NCBI GenBank assembly: GCA_965222155.1
Contig: CBDCTH010000012.1
Coordinates: 1,600,001 to 1,664,000, forward strand
DNA: 64,000 nucleotides
Source of the DNA: Gammaproteobacteria bacterium
GTDB taxonomy: Bacteria > Pseudomonadota > Gammaproteobacteria > Eutrophobiales > Eutrophobiaceae
Direction of reading: 5' to 3'
Under the pieces are notes generated by a model, which was not told the DNA's origin, did no database searches, and saw nothing but the letters and a program-made list of their open reading frames with translations. The position numbers and the translations under genes were made by a program. This document shows positions 31,280-39,915 of the stretch, in pieces. Within the stretch, counting starts at the first letter, position 1; every line of letters starts with the position of its first letter.

Positions 31280-32605
31280 ATGTGGAAATTCTCAGATAAT
31301 TTCAAGAAGATCGCCGGTCCTGCAGCCGTGATGGCAGCGGCGTCCATGGGAGCCGGTTCCGCTTCGTCGCTGATACTGACCGGCGCCTGGTTCCGTTACG
31401 AGCTGCTCTGGGTAGTCCTGTTAATCCTGCCCCTGCTGGTGATAACAGTCGATACCGCCTCCCGCATTGGCTTGCTGAATAAAAACAAGGGAATGTTTTC
31501 ACTCATCTGTGAACACATTCATCCGGGCGTGGGCTGGCTGCTCCTGGCGATTAATATTCCTGTCCACCTGCTCATCGGTATGGGTCAGATGTCGGTCATG
31601 ACCTCTGCGACTCTGTCCCTGTTCGAATATAATCCTCCCGCCACCGCAGCGGGTTTCGCCGACAGCAACTACCAGGTCGTTGAACTCATTGTGTCCCTGG
31701 TATTTGCGGCCGGCATTGTCTGGCTGCTTACATCAGAAGGTTATCAGCGCATGCAGAAGTACATGACCGCATTCATGCTGCTGATGTTTATGTGTTTTCT
31801 TATCGTCGCGCTGCGCGGCTTTCAGGAGGTGTCTGCCATATTGTCCGGGTTGGTCCCCGGCGTGCCTGCGGACTTGCCGGTTCCGGGCCAAGGCATGGTC
31901 CGCAGCAGCGGTATCGCCATACTCGGCATTGTCGGCAGTGCCCTGGCGCCGGCGGCGATGCTTGGCGTTCCCTACATGAGTGCGGACAACCGGCGAACAG
32001 GCGCAGTTGATCTGAAGCATGAGTTTCGTAATTCCGTCATCAACCTGGGCTTCTTTTACGGCGGCTGTGCGTTATTCATCATCATTGCCGGGGGATTTGC
32101 CCTGTATCCCCTTGCCCATCATGCAGAGATCGATTCAGTCCATGAAGCCGGCAGAATATTGCTGCGGGCCTTTCCCCAGGGATTTGAATTTCTTGGCCCG
32201 GTAATATTTTCTGCCGGAATGGTTATAGCAGGCCTCACCACGTTTGTCGTCACGGTAGAAGTCATCAGCTATTTCATTCTCGATATGTTCGGCTTTGCCT
32301 GGCACCATACCAGGGAAAACAGGCGCTTCAGGAGGACGGTGACGGTCTGTATTATCCTGCCCGCACTGCTGGCGCCGCTATGGACCTTCCCTGCCCTGTT
32401 CAAACTGCTGCTGCTGATGTGCATCAATGCAATCGTGGTGCCACTGGTTTACATTGCAGTGCTCATACTGGTGAACAAGAAATCCGTCATGGGAGAACAT
32501 ACCAGTAGTTTGCCGAGGAATATTATACTGCTGGCGGCCCTCATACTGTCGGTTACCTTATCGGCGCTCAAACTGCCTGAGTTCGTACAGGCATTGCTTG
32601 GGTAA
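31280..32605 (+). CDS. NRAMP-related membrane protein, paralogue 2
   Basis: Same length (441 aa) and colinear with 17444-18769. Confidence 0.8.
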   Translation: MWKFSDNFKKIAGPAAVMAAASMGAGSASSLILTGAWFRYELLWVVLLILPLLVITVDTASRIGLLNKNKGMFSLICEHIHPGVGWLLLAINIPVHLLIGMGQMSVMTSATLSLFEYNPPATAAGFADSNYQVVELIVSLVFAAGIVWLLTSEGYQRMQKYMTAFMLLMFMCFLIVALRGFQEVSAILSGLVPGVPADLPVPGQGMVRSSGIAILGIVGSALAPAAMLGVPYMSADNRRTGAVDLKHEFRNSVINLGFFYGGCALFIIIAGGFALYPLAHHAEIDSVHEAGRILLRAFPQGFEFLGPVIFSAGMVIAGLTTFVVTVEVISYFILDMFGFAWHHTRENRRFRRTVTVCIILPALLAPLWTFPALFKLLLLMCINAIVVPLVYIAVLILVNKKSVMGEHTSSLPRNIILLAALILSVTLSALKLPEFVQALLG

Positions 32606-32732
32606 TCTTCCAATTACATTGGATGAGGCCCCCGGCTTGTCTCGCAGATGCTCCGACTACCGGGGCCTGTGGCATTAATGGTAAGATACATGCTTGTGAT
32701 TAATACTTAATAGAAACATTACACCGAAGAAT

Positions 32733-33917
32733 ATGACGCTGAATTTGAGTAAAAACGTAGAAGCATTCGATAGCTGGATACGCTCTTCATTCGTTGAGAT
32801 GAATACCGAACTGGAGGAAATTTATTTCGCCCGGGAAGATCGTCAGGCCGTAACCGGTGTCGGTGACTCTATCAAGGTAAAACTGGTAGAAGAAGGACGG
32901 AGTTGCATCATCCCATTATTAAAAGAAGGCAATACGGATGAAGGGTTTGACAGGCAATATAACCTGCTTGGTTGCGTCGGTTTTTATATGGCGGCCTGCC
33001 GCCGGCACGATATTACCGAACCATCACGGGAGACCAGTTCTCCCCTGGTTGAGGCGTCAGCGCTTTCCTTGCACCTGGCAACCACGCTGGGCGTTACCCC
33101 GCGCTTTGCCACCAGTCACATGGCGACCTTCAATCCGGCAAAAGATGGTGTTTACCGCTCGTTTACTTCTTTGAACGATGAGTTCCTGTTTCTGGATTAC
33201 AACACGCTGGGGATCTTTGCTTACCAGCGCGCGGCAGATGCGTTGAGGCGTATCTTGCCTATGGGGATATCCCATCCCCTGGCAGGCCATTTGTTTCATC
33301 TTGCAAAAACGGCTTTGGAAGACGTTATCAGGTTTAACGATTGCCTGTTTTCAGAATTGGATACCGATCGTTTTTTCAATTGCGTGCGTCCATATTACAA
33401 ACCCTATCGGGTCGGGCCCAACGTCTATCGCGGCGCAAACGCAGGCGACTTTGCCGGTATAAACGTAATTGACCTGTTGCTGGGTTTGTGCAGTGCGGAT
33501 AATCCGTCCTATTCACAGGTACTGGTCGACAAGTTTCTGTTTATGCTGCCTGAGGAGCAGGCGTTATTACGGGATTGCATGCGGCGCAAGAGCTTTATGG
33601 ACCAGTTCCTGGAAGAACCGGATGGGAACCGTGAAAAGGACTGGTTTCAAAACAATGTGAAAGCGTATCTGGAGGTTGTCGGCCTGCACGGTAAAGGCGC
33701 GGCTTCTCATCATGACAAGCTGGTAAAGAAGTTTATCGAGAAACCCGCTTCCCTGTTACCTGAGGAAGGATTGAGCAATATTACCGCCAGTGGGCCGCCC
33801 TTGCCTGTCCTGCTGGATGCGCTGGAGAAATTACGCGATCTCAGACTGGCTGCAAACCGTGATGACATCCCTAGCCGCTATCATGACCTGCAGAAACTGA
33901 AATCCTGCCTGGAATAA
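32733..33917 (+). CDS. PrnB-family (DUF1864) heme-dependent tryptophan dioxygenase-like protein
   Basis: FDSWIR..FVEMNTELE, EGNTDEGFD, VRPYYKPYRVG...YRGANAGD and TASGPPL motifs. Confidence 0.82.
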   Translation: MTLNLSKNVEAFDSWIRSSFVEMNTELEEIYFAREDRQAVTGVGDSIKVKLVEEGRSCIIPLLKEGNTDEGFDRQYNLLGCVGFYMAACRRHDITEPSRETSSPLVEASALSLHLATTLGVTPRFATSHMATFNPAKDGVYRSFTSLNDEFLFLDYNTLGIFAYQRAADALRRILPMGISHPLAGHLFHLAKTALEDVIRFNDCLFSELDTDRFFNCVRPYYKPYRVGPNVYRGANAGDFAGINVIDLLLGLCSADNPSYSQVLVDKFLFMLPEEQALLRDCMRRKSFMDQFLEEPDGNREKDWFQNNVKAYLEVVGLHGKGAASHHDKLVKKFIEKPASLLPEEGLSNITASGPPLPVLLDALEKLRDLRLAANRDDIPSRYHDLQKLKSCLE

Positions 33918-33958
33918 ATTAGCTGTTCATGCCGTTATTCCGGCACTGGCCGGGTAAG

Positions 33959-35458
33959 CTATAGCGCAGGGTTCTTGTATTCGGTCCTGTGCAACAACAG
34001 AGAACCGCCAACCGCAATGCCGAGGTTAATCACCAGTCCGTAGAGTCCGGGATGGAACCCCCATACCTTGCCGGCGTGGACAAATTCAAACGGTCCGAAT
34101 GCGAGCGCCAGTGAAATAACCAGCCCTGCAACAAGACCGATGACTACCGGACCTGCCCGTAACTTACTCCAGCGGATACTTAACATGAATGCAGGCGCCA
34201 ACTGGACAAGCAGGTCGAATTTCCTATCGATCAGGCTGATTAGCGAGGCCTTATCCTTCAGCATGATGGCCAGCCAGGTCAGGAACACGATCAGCGCCCA
34301 CGAACAGAGTTTCCCGATCCTGGTCAATTCAGCCTGGGATGCGTTGCTGCGAAAATACCCGGCATAAATATCCTTGGTTATCATGGATGAGATGGTGAGC
34401 AGGGCTGAATCGGCCGTGGACATCATGGCGGAAATGATTGCCGCGAACAATATGACCACCAGCCAGTAACCGAAGACCGAGTCCTCCTGAAGCAGGCGGA
34501 AAATACGCGTCAGGACTTGATCGGTCTGGACCCCGTCCAACCCCGGTACGTGGGCGATAGCATAAATACCTGCTATCAAGGCAATCAGGGTTGCAAAAAC
34601 CTGCAGGATGGCCATGCCGGCCAGGCTGTGTCGCAATACCTTGCCTGACCTGGATGCATAGATCCGTTGTATCGCCTGTGGATACAATGCGCCTCCCATG
34701 CCGACGAGCAGGGTATAACTCAACCATTCCCTCATCCTGTTGGCATCGGGCAGGATCACTTTATTGACATCGGGCGAGTTCAATATGCTGTTTGTGGTAA
34801 CTGACAAGGGGCCGAACATAATGAGCAAAGACGCTATCAATAATAAAAAACCGATGAATAACACGGTCCCCTGTACCACGTCCGTCCATGCCACGGCGCG
34901 CAGACCGCCGAGGGTCCCGTATACCACCATGATCAGGGCCAGTACGATTACGCCGCTCGTGTATGCAATATCAGGATTTCCTCCTGCCATCCCCTGCAAT
35001 GCCCGTCCCATGGCCATTAACTGCGCCAGGAGAAAATTGCTGAGGGATACAATCATGACGAGCGCGGCCAGAAGGTTTAGTGTGTTTGACCGGAATCGGT
35101 GTGAGAGATAATCCACCGGTGTAATAAACCCGTGGCGTCTGGATAATGTGCGCAAGCGCAAGGCATAAACGAGATAAAATACAACGATGGCCAGCATGAA
35201 ATAAGTGGACATGATCCAGGAAAAACCAATCCTATAGGCCATACCTGTGAAGGCAAAGAACACATTGCCGCTGTATTGTGTCGCGTACAGCGTTAATAAC
35301 AGGACAAGAAACCCAAACCCGGGTCCGGCCAGGTAAAAGTCATTGAGTGTATTCTCTGTGCGGGAACGGTATCCATACCAGCCGAACAACAACAGTGAAC
35401 CGATATAGAGAAAGATAACCGTCCAGGCGCCGGCGCCGAACGGAAGCAGTTCAAACAT
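33959..35458 (-). CDS. Sodium:solute symporter family protein
   Basis: DFYLAG, ATQYSG, GGLRAVAWTDVVQG, P.AIQR.YA and SAMMSTADS motifs. Confidence 0.93.
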   Translation of the reverse strand: MFELLPFGAGAWTVIFLYIGSLLLFGWYGYRSRTENTLNDFYLAGPGFGFLVLLLTLYATQYSGNVFFAFTGMAYRIGFSWIMSTYFMLAIVVFYLVYALRLRTLSRRHGFITPVDYLSHRFRSNTLNLLAALVMIVSLSNFLLAQLMAMGRALQGMAGGNPDIAYTSGVIVLALIMVVYGTLGGLRAVAWTDVVQGTVLFIGFLLLIASLLIMFGPLSVTTNSILNSPDVNKVILPDANRMREWLSYTLLVGMGGALYPQAIQRIYASRSGKVLRHSLAGMAILQVFATLIALIAGIYAIAHVPGLDGVQTDQVLTRIFRLLQEDSVFGYWLVVILFAAIISAMMSTADSALLTISSMITKDIYAGYFRSNASQAELTRIGKLCSWALIVFLTWLAIMLKDKASLISLIDRKFDLLVQLAPAFMLSIRWSKLRAGPVVIGLVAGLVISLALAFGPFEFVHAGKVWGFHPGLYGLVINLGIAVGGSLLLHRTEYKNPAL

Positions 35459-35676
35459 CAGGGATCATCATCCGAAAATTCAAACAAATACAGCCACGCG
35501 GTAAACAATGCCCCGATGAGTGCTGCGAGAAGGGAGATGAATGCCCACAGCGGAAATCCATAGATTATCATTGTGAGATCCGGGGGGAGATACCAGGGAA
35601 TACCGACAGCTGTCAGTAGTACATAAACAGCCGGGATCAGGTACGGGTTGTTTTTCAATGGACTCTTGTTTTTCAA
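35458..35676 (-). CDS. Small 2-TM SSS-associated protein (DUF3311/DUF997-like)
   Basis: IPWY...IYGFPLW; translationally coupled to the symporter. Confidence 0.75.
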   Translation of the reverse strand: MKNKSPLKNNPYLIPAVYVLLTAVGIPWYLPPDLTMIIYGFPLWAFISLLAALIGALFTAWLYLFEFSDDDP

Positions 35677-35735
35677 CTGGCGGAGACTTGCCGTTTTCAG
35701 GTCATGCTATGAACTGGCCAAAAGATTGGAAATGC

Positions 35736-36002
35736 TTATCTCAGTTGACTGCCCTTGCTGCCCCGGCGATTATAACCACTGAACTGCTCCTGTGCCTGGT
35801 CCTGCTCGGACTGGCAGATGACGCACAAACGCACGCCCGGGATGGTGGCCCGGCGCGCCTCAGGTATATCGTTCCCGCACTCTTCACATTCACTGAGGCT
35901 TACCCCCTGCGGTAAGCGGCTCCGGGCGCTCGCTACCGCATCCTCGATTGTCGCATCGATCTGGTCCTGGACTGCCCCGTCTTTGGTAAAACCGCCGGCC
36001 AT
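35736..36002 (-). CDS. DksA/TraR C4 zinc-finger protein (YbiI-like)
   Basis: GAVQDQID, CEECG..IPEARR..IPGVRLCVICQ and NRRGSK.SQLR. Confidence 0.93.
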   Translation of the reverse strand: MAGGFTKDGAVQDQIDATIEDAVASARSRLPQGVSLSECEECGNDIPEARRATIPGVRLCVICQSEQDQAQEQFSGYNRRGSKGSQLR

Positions 36003-36130
36003 AGGGTTAACCTCGAGATTGACTGTTGCCGATGAGCATTATTTAACCATGAAACAGCGAATTTGTCCTTCCGGGAACGGCTCATATAGTGAGTCGTTTC
36101 ATATAATCCGTTCGAATTCATCAAGCGCCA

Positions 36131-36175
36131 GTAGCCTGAGGTAATGCCCTTGGCCAGACACATCAGATCTACCTG
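36131..36175 (-). pseudogene. 15-codon stub of a class III aminotransferase
   Basis: QVDLMCLAKGITSGY is the PLP-lysine motif; the flanks do not continue the gene. Confidence 0.6.
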
Positions 36176-36176
36176 A

Positions 36177-38282
36177 TCAATTCCAAAGATGTCGACTTTG
36201 GGCAGTACTTACCTGGCTGCTAGGGGTAAGAGTTACCAGAGTGCTATGTACACTGGTGCTCTCTGCCATATCCGTTTTTTGTCCGATGTGCAGTACATTC
36301 ACGTTTTTGTGATCCTTTTCGTTCTTTGGCCACCTGCCCTTGTAAGACACCAGTACGCCCGGTACTGAAATTTCATCTATGGTTGCAGTCAGGTTCAGAT
36401 CGCCGTTTTCATTGCTCAAATTAACCGTAGCGCCGTTCCCGATATTAAGCCGCTTGGCGTCTTCAGGATGGATATATACCCCGGCTTCACCGGCATTGCG
36501 GGCGAGTTTGGGATCATTGGCATAGGAATCGTTCAACCTGTAGTCAGACGCCGGCGTGATCAGACGCAACTGTCCTCCATTTTGACCCTTGTCCACTATT
36601 GCCTGTGGAATCCGGGGCAACCCCTGGCTTTCCGCGGCGTCAGAGGCCAGTTCTATTTTGCCGCTTACCGTCGGAAACTGCAGATCAGTCCAGGGAATGA
36701 TCGGCTCGGCGCTGATCGACTGCCAGCCTCTCTGTTGAAATTCCCTAAAGCCATCACTCACTCCCATTTGCTCCAGCATGCCGGCAAGCAACTCTTCGTC
36801 GGTTTCAAACAATTCTTTTTCCGTGTAACCCATGCCTTTAGCCAGACGCCGGAAGATTTCCTGGTTGGGCAATGATTCTCCCATGGGCTCCCTGGCCTTG
36901 GACTGTACGCCGATATTCAGGTGGAAATAACTGAACGTCAGGTCGTCAAATTCCAGAAAACCGGCAGCCGGTAACACAATATCGGCATAATCCGCCGAAT
37001 CTGTCTGGAAGCAGTCAATCACCACCGTAAACAGCTCCGCCCTCTCCAGGGCCTTGCGCAACCTGGTCTGGTTGGGGGCTGATGCAACCGGATTGGTGTT
37101 CCACACAAGCAGGGACTTGAACCGGTCCGGGTCCGACAGTTGCTCCGCAAAATCCATGTGGCTGATTGATACCGGCTCGGCAGTGGCAAGCTGCGCGCCG
37201 GCCATCGCATCAAAGTCCAGGCCGGCAATGGCCGGGGTGTAGGTGACATAGCTGAAACCCGCGCCGGCTTTACCAATATTTCCCGTGAATGCCGGTAACA
37301 ACCCTACTGCGCGCATGCAGTTGCCGCCGTTTAACTGGCGCTGAAACCCCTGTCCCAGCCATAACAGCGAGGGCCCCGTGGCGTAACATCTTGCCGCTTC
37401 TTCTATCAGCACAGCCGGGACACCGGCTACCTGCTCTCCCCATTCCGGCGTACAGTTTTTGATTACGGGCAACAGCTCATCACTTCCCACCGTGTGCTGC
37501 CTGATAAATTCGTCAGCGAACAAGCCTTCCCGTTGCATCACGTGCAGCAGGCTGTAAGCCAGGGCTGCATCCGTGCCGGGATAAAGCTGCAAATGAATAT
37601 CAGCGGCCCGGGCGGTATTCGTGCGCAACGGGTCCACCACAATCTTTTTGGCGCCGGCTGCGGCAAACCAGTGTTTATGGCTGTGGGGACCCGAATGGGA
37701 CGGATTGGCGCCCCAGATAAGAACACAGTTTGAATCCTTGATGGTGCGGGGATCAAAACCCACGTGTGATTCCCCGTATAACAGCGACAATGCGGCATGG
37801 CCCGCCGCATTACATATACTGTCCGGGGCGACTTCAGCTGCGCCCAGTTTCAGAAAAAACCGCATTGGGAACAACAGTGCGATCAGTGACAAGGTCCCGG
37901 AATAATGCGTATGCAGGATCGATTCGCGACCGTGATTGGCAACATCGTATTTTAACCTGTGGCTAATGGTATCGATTGCCTCTTCCCAACTGATGCGTTC
38001 AAACTGCCCCCTACCCTTTTTACCAATACGCCTCAGCGGGTACAGCAGCCGTTCAGTTTCGTCCTGCCAGACACCGTTATAGGCAATAGCGCACTTGTTG
38101 CATAGCCGGCCGCGGGAAACCGGGTGCGCTTCATCTCCCATTACCCTACTGATTCGGCCGTTTATCTTCTCAATACTGATCCCGCAACCGTCGTAACAGT
38201 CACGGGGGCAATTGCTTTTTATGATTTCAATATTTTCAGCCATGGTTTTTCCTGTACCTCCCGATATCATTGTGCCAGCCAC
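36177..38282 (-). CDS. Bis-MGD molybdopterin oxidoreductase (DMSO reductase family, uncharacterised clade)
   Basis: CPRDCYDGC...GRLC.K Fe-S motif, ERISWEEA, PGTDAALA, ADIVLPA and IHPEDA; no Tat signal seen. Confidence 0.9.
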   Translation of the reverse strand: MAGTMISGGTGKTMAENIEIIKSNCPRDCYDGCGISIEKINGRISRVMGDEAHPVSRGRLCNKCAIAYNGVWQDETERLLYPLRRIGKKGRGQFERISWEEAIDTISHRLKYDVANHGRESILHTHYSGTLSLIALLFPMRFFLKLGAAEVAPDSICNAAGHAALSLLYGESHVGFDPRTIKDSNCVLIWGANPSHSGPHSHKHWFAAAGAKKIVVDPLRTNTARAADIHLQLYPGTDAALAYSLLHVMQREGLFADEFIRQHTVGSDELLPVIKNCTPEWGEQVAGVPAVLIEEAARCYATGPSLLWLGQGFQRQLNGGNCMRAVGLLPAFTGNIGKAGAGFSYVTYTPAIAGLDFDAMAGAQLATAEPVSISHMDFAEQLSDPDRFKSLLVWNTNPVASAPNQTRLRKALERAELFTVVIDCFQTDSADYADIVLPAAGFLEFDDLTFSYFHLNIGVQSKAREPMGESLPNQEIFRRLAKGMGYTEKELFETDEELLAGMLEQMGVSDGFREFQQRGWQSISAEPIIPWTDLQFPTVSGKIELASDAAESQGLPRIPQAIVDKGQNGGQLRLITPASDYRLNDSYANDPKLARNAGEAGVYIHPEDAKRLNIGNGATVNLSNENGDLNLTATIDEISVPGVLVSYKGRWPKNEKDHKNVNVLHIGQKTDMAESTSVHSTLVTLTPSSQVSTAQSRHLWN

Positions 38283-38294
38283 AACCCCAGTATA

Positions 38295-38440
38295 AACGGA
38301 AACGCCGCCGCCAGTACCTCCACCCTGCCCTACTTCAAAGTGATCACCCGTTCGTTTACGCGCCAGCGCGGCCTGGCTCTGGGCATTGCCAACTCCGGGA
38401 CCGGCGTGGCCAGTTCGTGCTACCCTATCTTGCCTTCATG
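38295..38440 (+). pseudogene. MFS transporter internal fragment
   Basis: LPYFKVITRSFTRQRGLALGIANSGTGVA matches the MFS TM4-TM5 motif. Confidence 0.6.
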
Positions 38441-38488
38441 ATCCCCATTACCCGCCTGGTCCATGCCGGCGAACTGAACGACAGACTC

Positions 38489-38516
38489 TTGACGCTGTAA
38501 CACGACATGTTACAAT
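38489..38516 (+). promoter_or_regulatory. higBA promoter/operator
   Basis: TTGACG-16-TACAAT overlapping the palindrome TGTAACA-N5-TGTTACA (38496-38514). Confidence 0.72.
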
Positions 38517-38533
38517 ATGATTAGGGATGCGTA

Positions 38534-38810
38534 ATGATTAAGAGCTTTCGGCACAAAGGTCTTGCTGAATTGTTTGAGCGGGGTCGTAGCCGCCATATAC
38601 AACGGAGCTTGCAGGGCGCGCTGTTTACGACGGTTGGAAGTTCTCGATCAAGCTGAATCTTTGGTTGAAATGAATGTTCCAGGATTCAATTTCCATGGTC
38701 TTCGTGGAACCGAGACGCGTTACAGCATTCATGTTAATGGTCCTTGGTGCATTACATTTGCGTGGCAAGCAGGTGAGGTATTGCGAGTCGACCTTGAACA
38801 ATATCATTAA
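38534..38810 (+). pseudogene. higB: HigB/RelE-family toxin with a +1 frameshift
   Basis: MIKSFRHKGLAELF from ATG 38534, then ARCLRRL...PGFNFHGLRG...YSIHVNGPWCITF...LEQYH in another frame. The span is 277 nt (3n+1); the shift is near GGG 38614-38616. Confidence 0.85.
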
Positions 38811-38819
38811 GGAGGAGAA

Positions 38820-39131
38820 ATGACTGAATACACTGTCAAACGTCCGTTAAAGCGCCAGTCGATTCATCCGGGTGAAATCCTGCGTGAAGATGTTCTGCCA
38901 GCGCTTGGTTTATCGGTCAGTGAGATGTCCCGGCGGTTGGGCGTTTCGCGCCAGCAGGTGCATCGGGTCCTGGCTTGTACCCATCCCATCACGGTAGAAA
39001 TGGCGCTGAGGGTCGGCAAACTGGTTGGCAATGGCCCGGGGCTCTGGTTGAGGCTGCAACAGAATTACGACCTGTTGCGCGTGGAGCAGGGCTTAAGTAG
39101 CGAACTGGAAAAAATAAAGCCGATGCGCTGA
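38820..39131 (+). CDS. higA: HigA-family antitoxin
   Basis: HPGEILREDVL, LGVSRQ, ITVEMALR and WLRLQ..YDL motifs; AGGAGG RBS. Confidence 0.93.
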   Translation: MTEYTVKRPLKRQSIHPGEILREDVLPALGLSVSEMSRRLGVSRQQVHRVLACTHPITVEMALRVGKLVGNGPGLWLRLQQNYDLLRVEQGLSSELEKIKPMR

Positions 39132-39201
39132 CTGTGCTTCCTCTATTGATTGCAACACCGGGTTCGGTTATCTACAAGCAGTCCACCAGCGCCAGTAATG
39201 A

Positions 39202-39579
39202 TCACCATTTACAAGCAGTCCACCAGCGATAGTAATGGCTACTGTTAGCGGAACCAAGGGCCCCACTACTCCATTGTCCAGGCGTGAATGTAGAGATCAC
39301 GTCATCGCCATGATTGACAACGATTCTCACCTTCACCGGGTGCTCACACTCGTTGTTGACCGTGAACACACGGGGCTTATAGCAGTTCGTGACACGCGGA
39401 TGAGCGCAATGTCTGGCGTCACCAGTGAATTCGCCACCATCCAACTCAAGGTTAAAACAATCGGGGGCGGCATAGAACTGCGCCCTGGAACATTCGGCGA
39501 GACTCGCCTGTGTTAACAGGCACGACACGACGAACGCGGTCGCTATTGCAACGAGACGGGAGGGTTGAATCATAGCCAT
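39202..39579 (-). CDS. Small cysteine-rich secreted protein of unknown function
   Basis: AGGAGG RBS, signal peptide ending ASLA, six Cys in the mature part. Confidence 0.65.
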   Translation of the reverse strand: MAMIQPSRLVAIATAFVVSCLLTQASLAECSRAQFYAAPDCFNLELDGGEFTGDARHCAHPRVTNCYKPRVFTVNNECEHPVKVRIVVNHGDDVISTFTPGQWSSGALGSANSSHYYRWWTACKW

Positions 39580-39681
39580 CGTAATTACCTCCTGGCAGTT
39601 ATCTTGAACACGAATTGTCTAATAAAATCAAGTACATTATAACCCATCCTGCACAGCTTGTCAAAGACAAGGCCAGTGACT

Positions 39682-39888
39682 TTATGCAATAGCTTCGACG
39701 CCGAAGGTCATCTCGAGTTCGCGCAACCAGCGGCGATAGGCGACCACAGTCTTGTCAGGACGCATACTCAATTCGGCACTCGGGTCCAGCGGCAGGCATT
39801 TTGGCCGTTGGGATTCCACAATGGGTTTATCGTGGGCAAAGATCGAATCCTGCCAGTCAATCAGAACTTGCTCCGCTGTGACTCCTGA
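39682..39888 (-). pseudogene. C-terminal fragment of a Rieske oxygenase alpha subunit (VanA-like)
   Basis: Translates DWQDSIFAHDKPIVESQRPKCLPLDPSAELSMRPDKTVVAYRRWLREL..TFG. Confidence 0.75.
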
Positions 39889-39915
39889 CTATTGACGCCG
39901 GCAAAATATGTACGA

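Noticed and set aside
32733-33917. Pyrrolnitrin biosynthetic cluster
   Set aside because: No halogenases (prnA, prnC) or intact prnD nearby.
39173-39237. Diversity-generating retroelement VR/TR pair
   Set aside because: The repeat is only about 28 bp, the differences are not confined to adenines, and there is no reverse transcriptase in the window.
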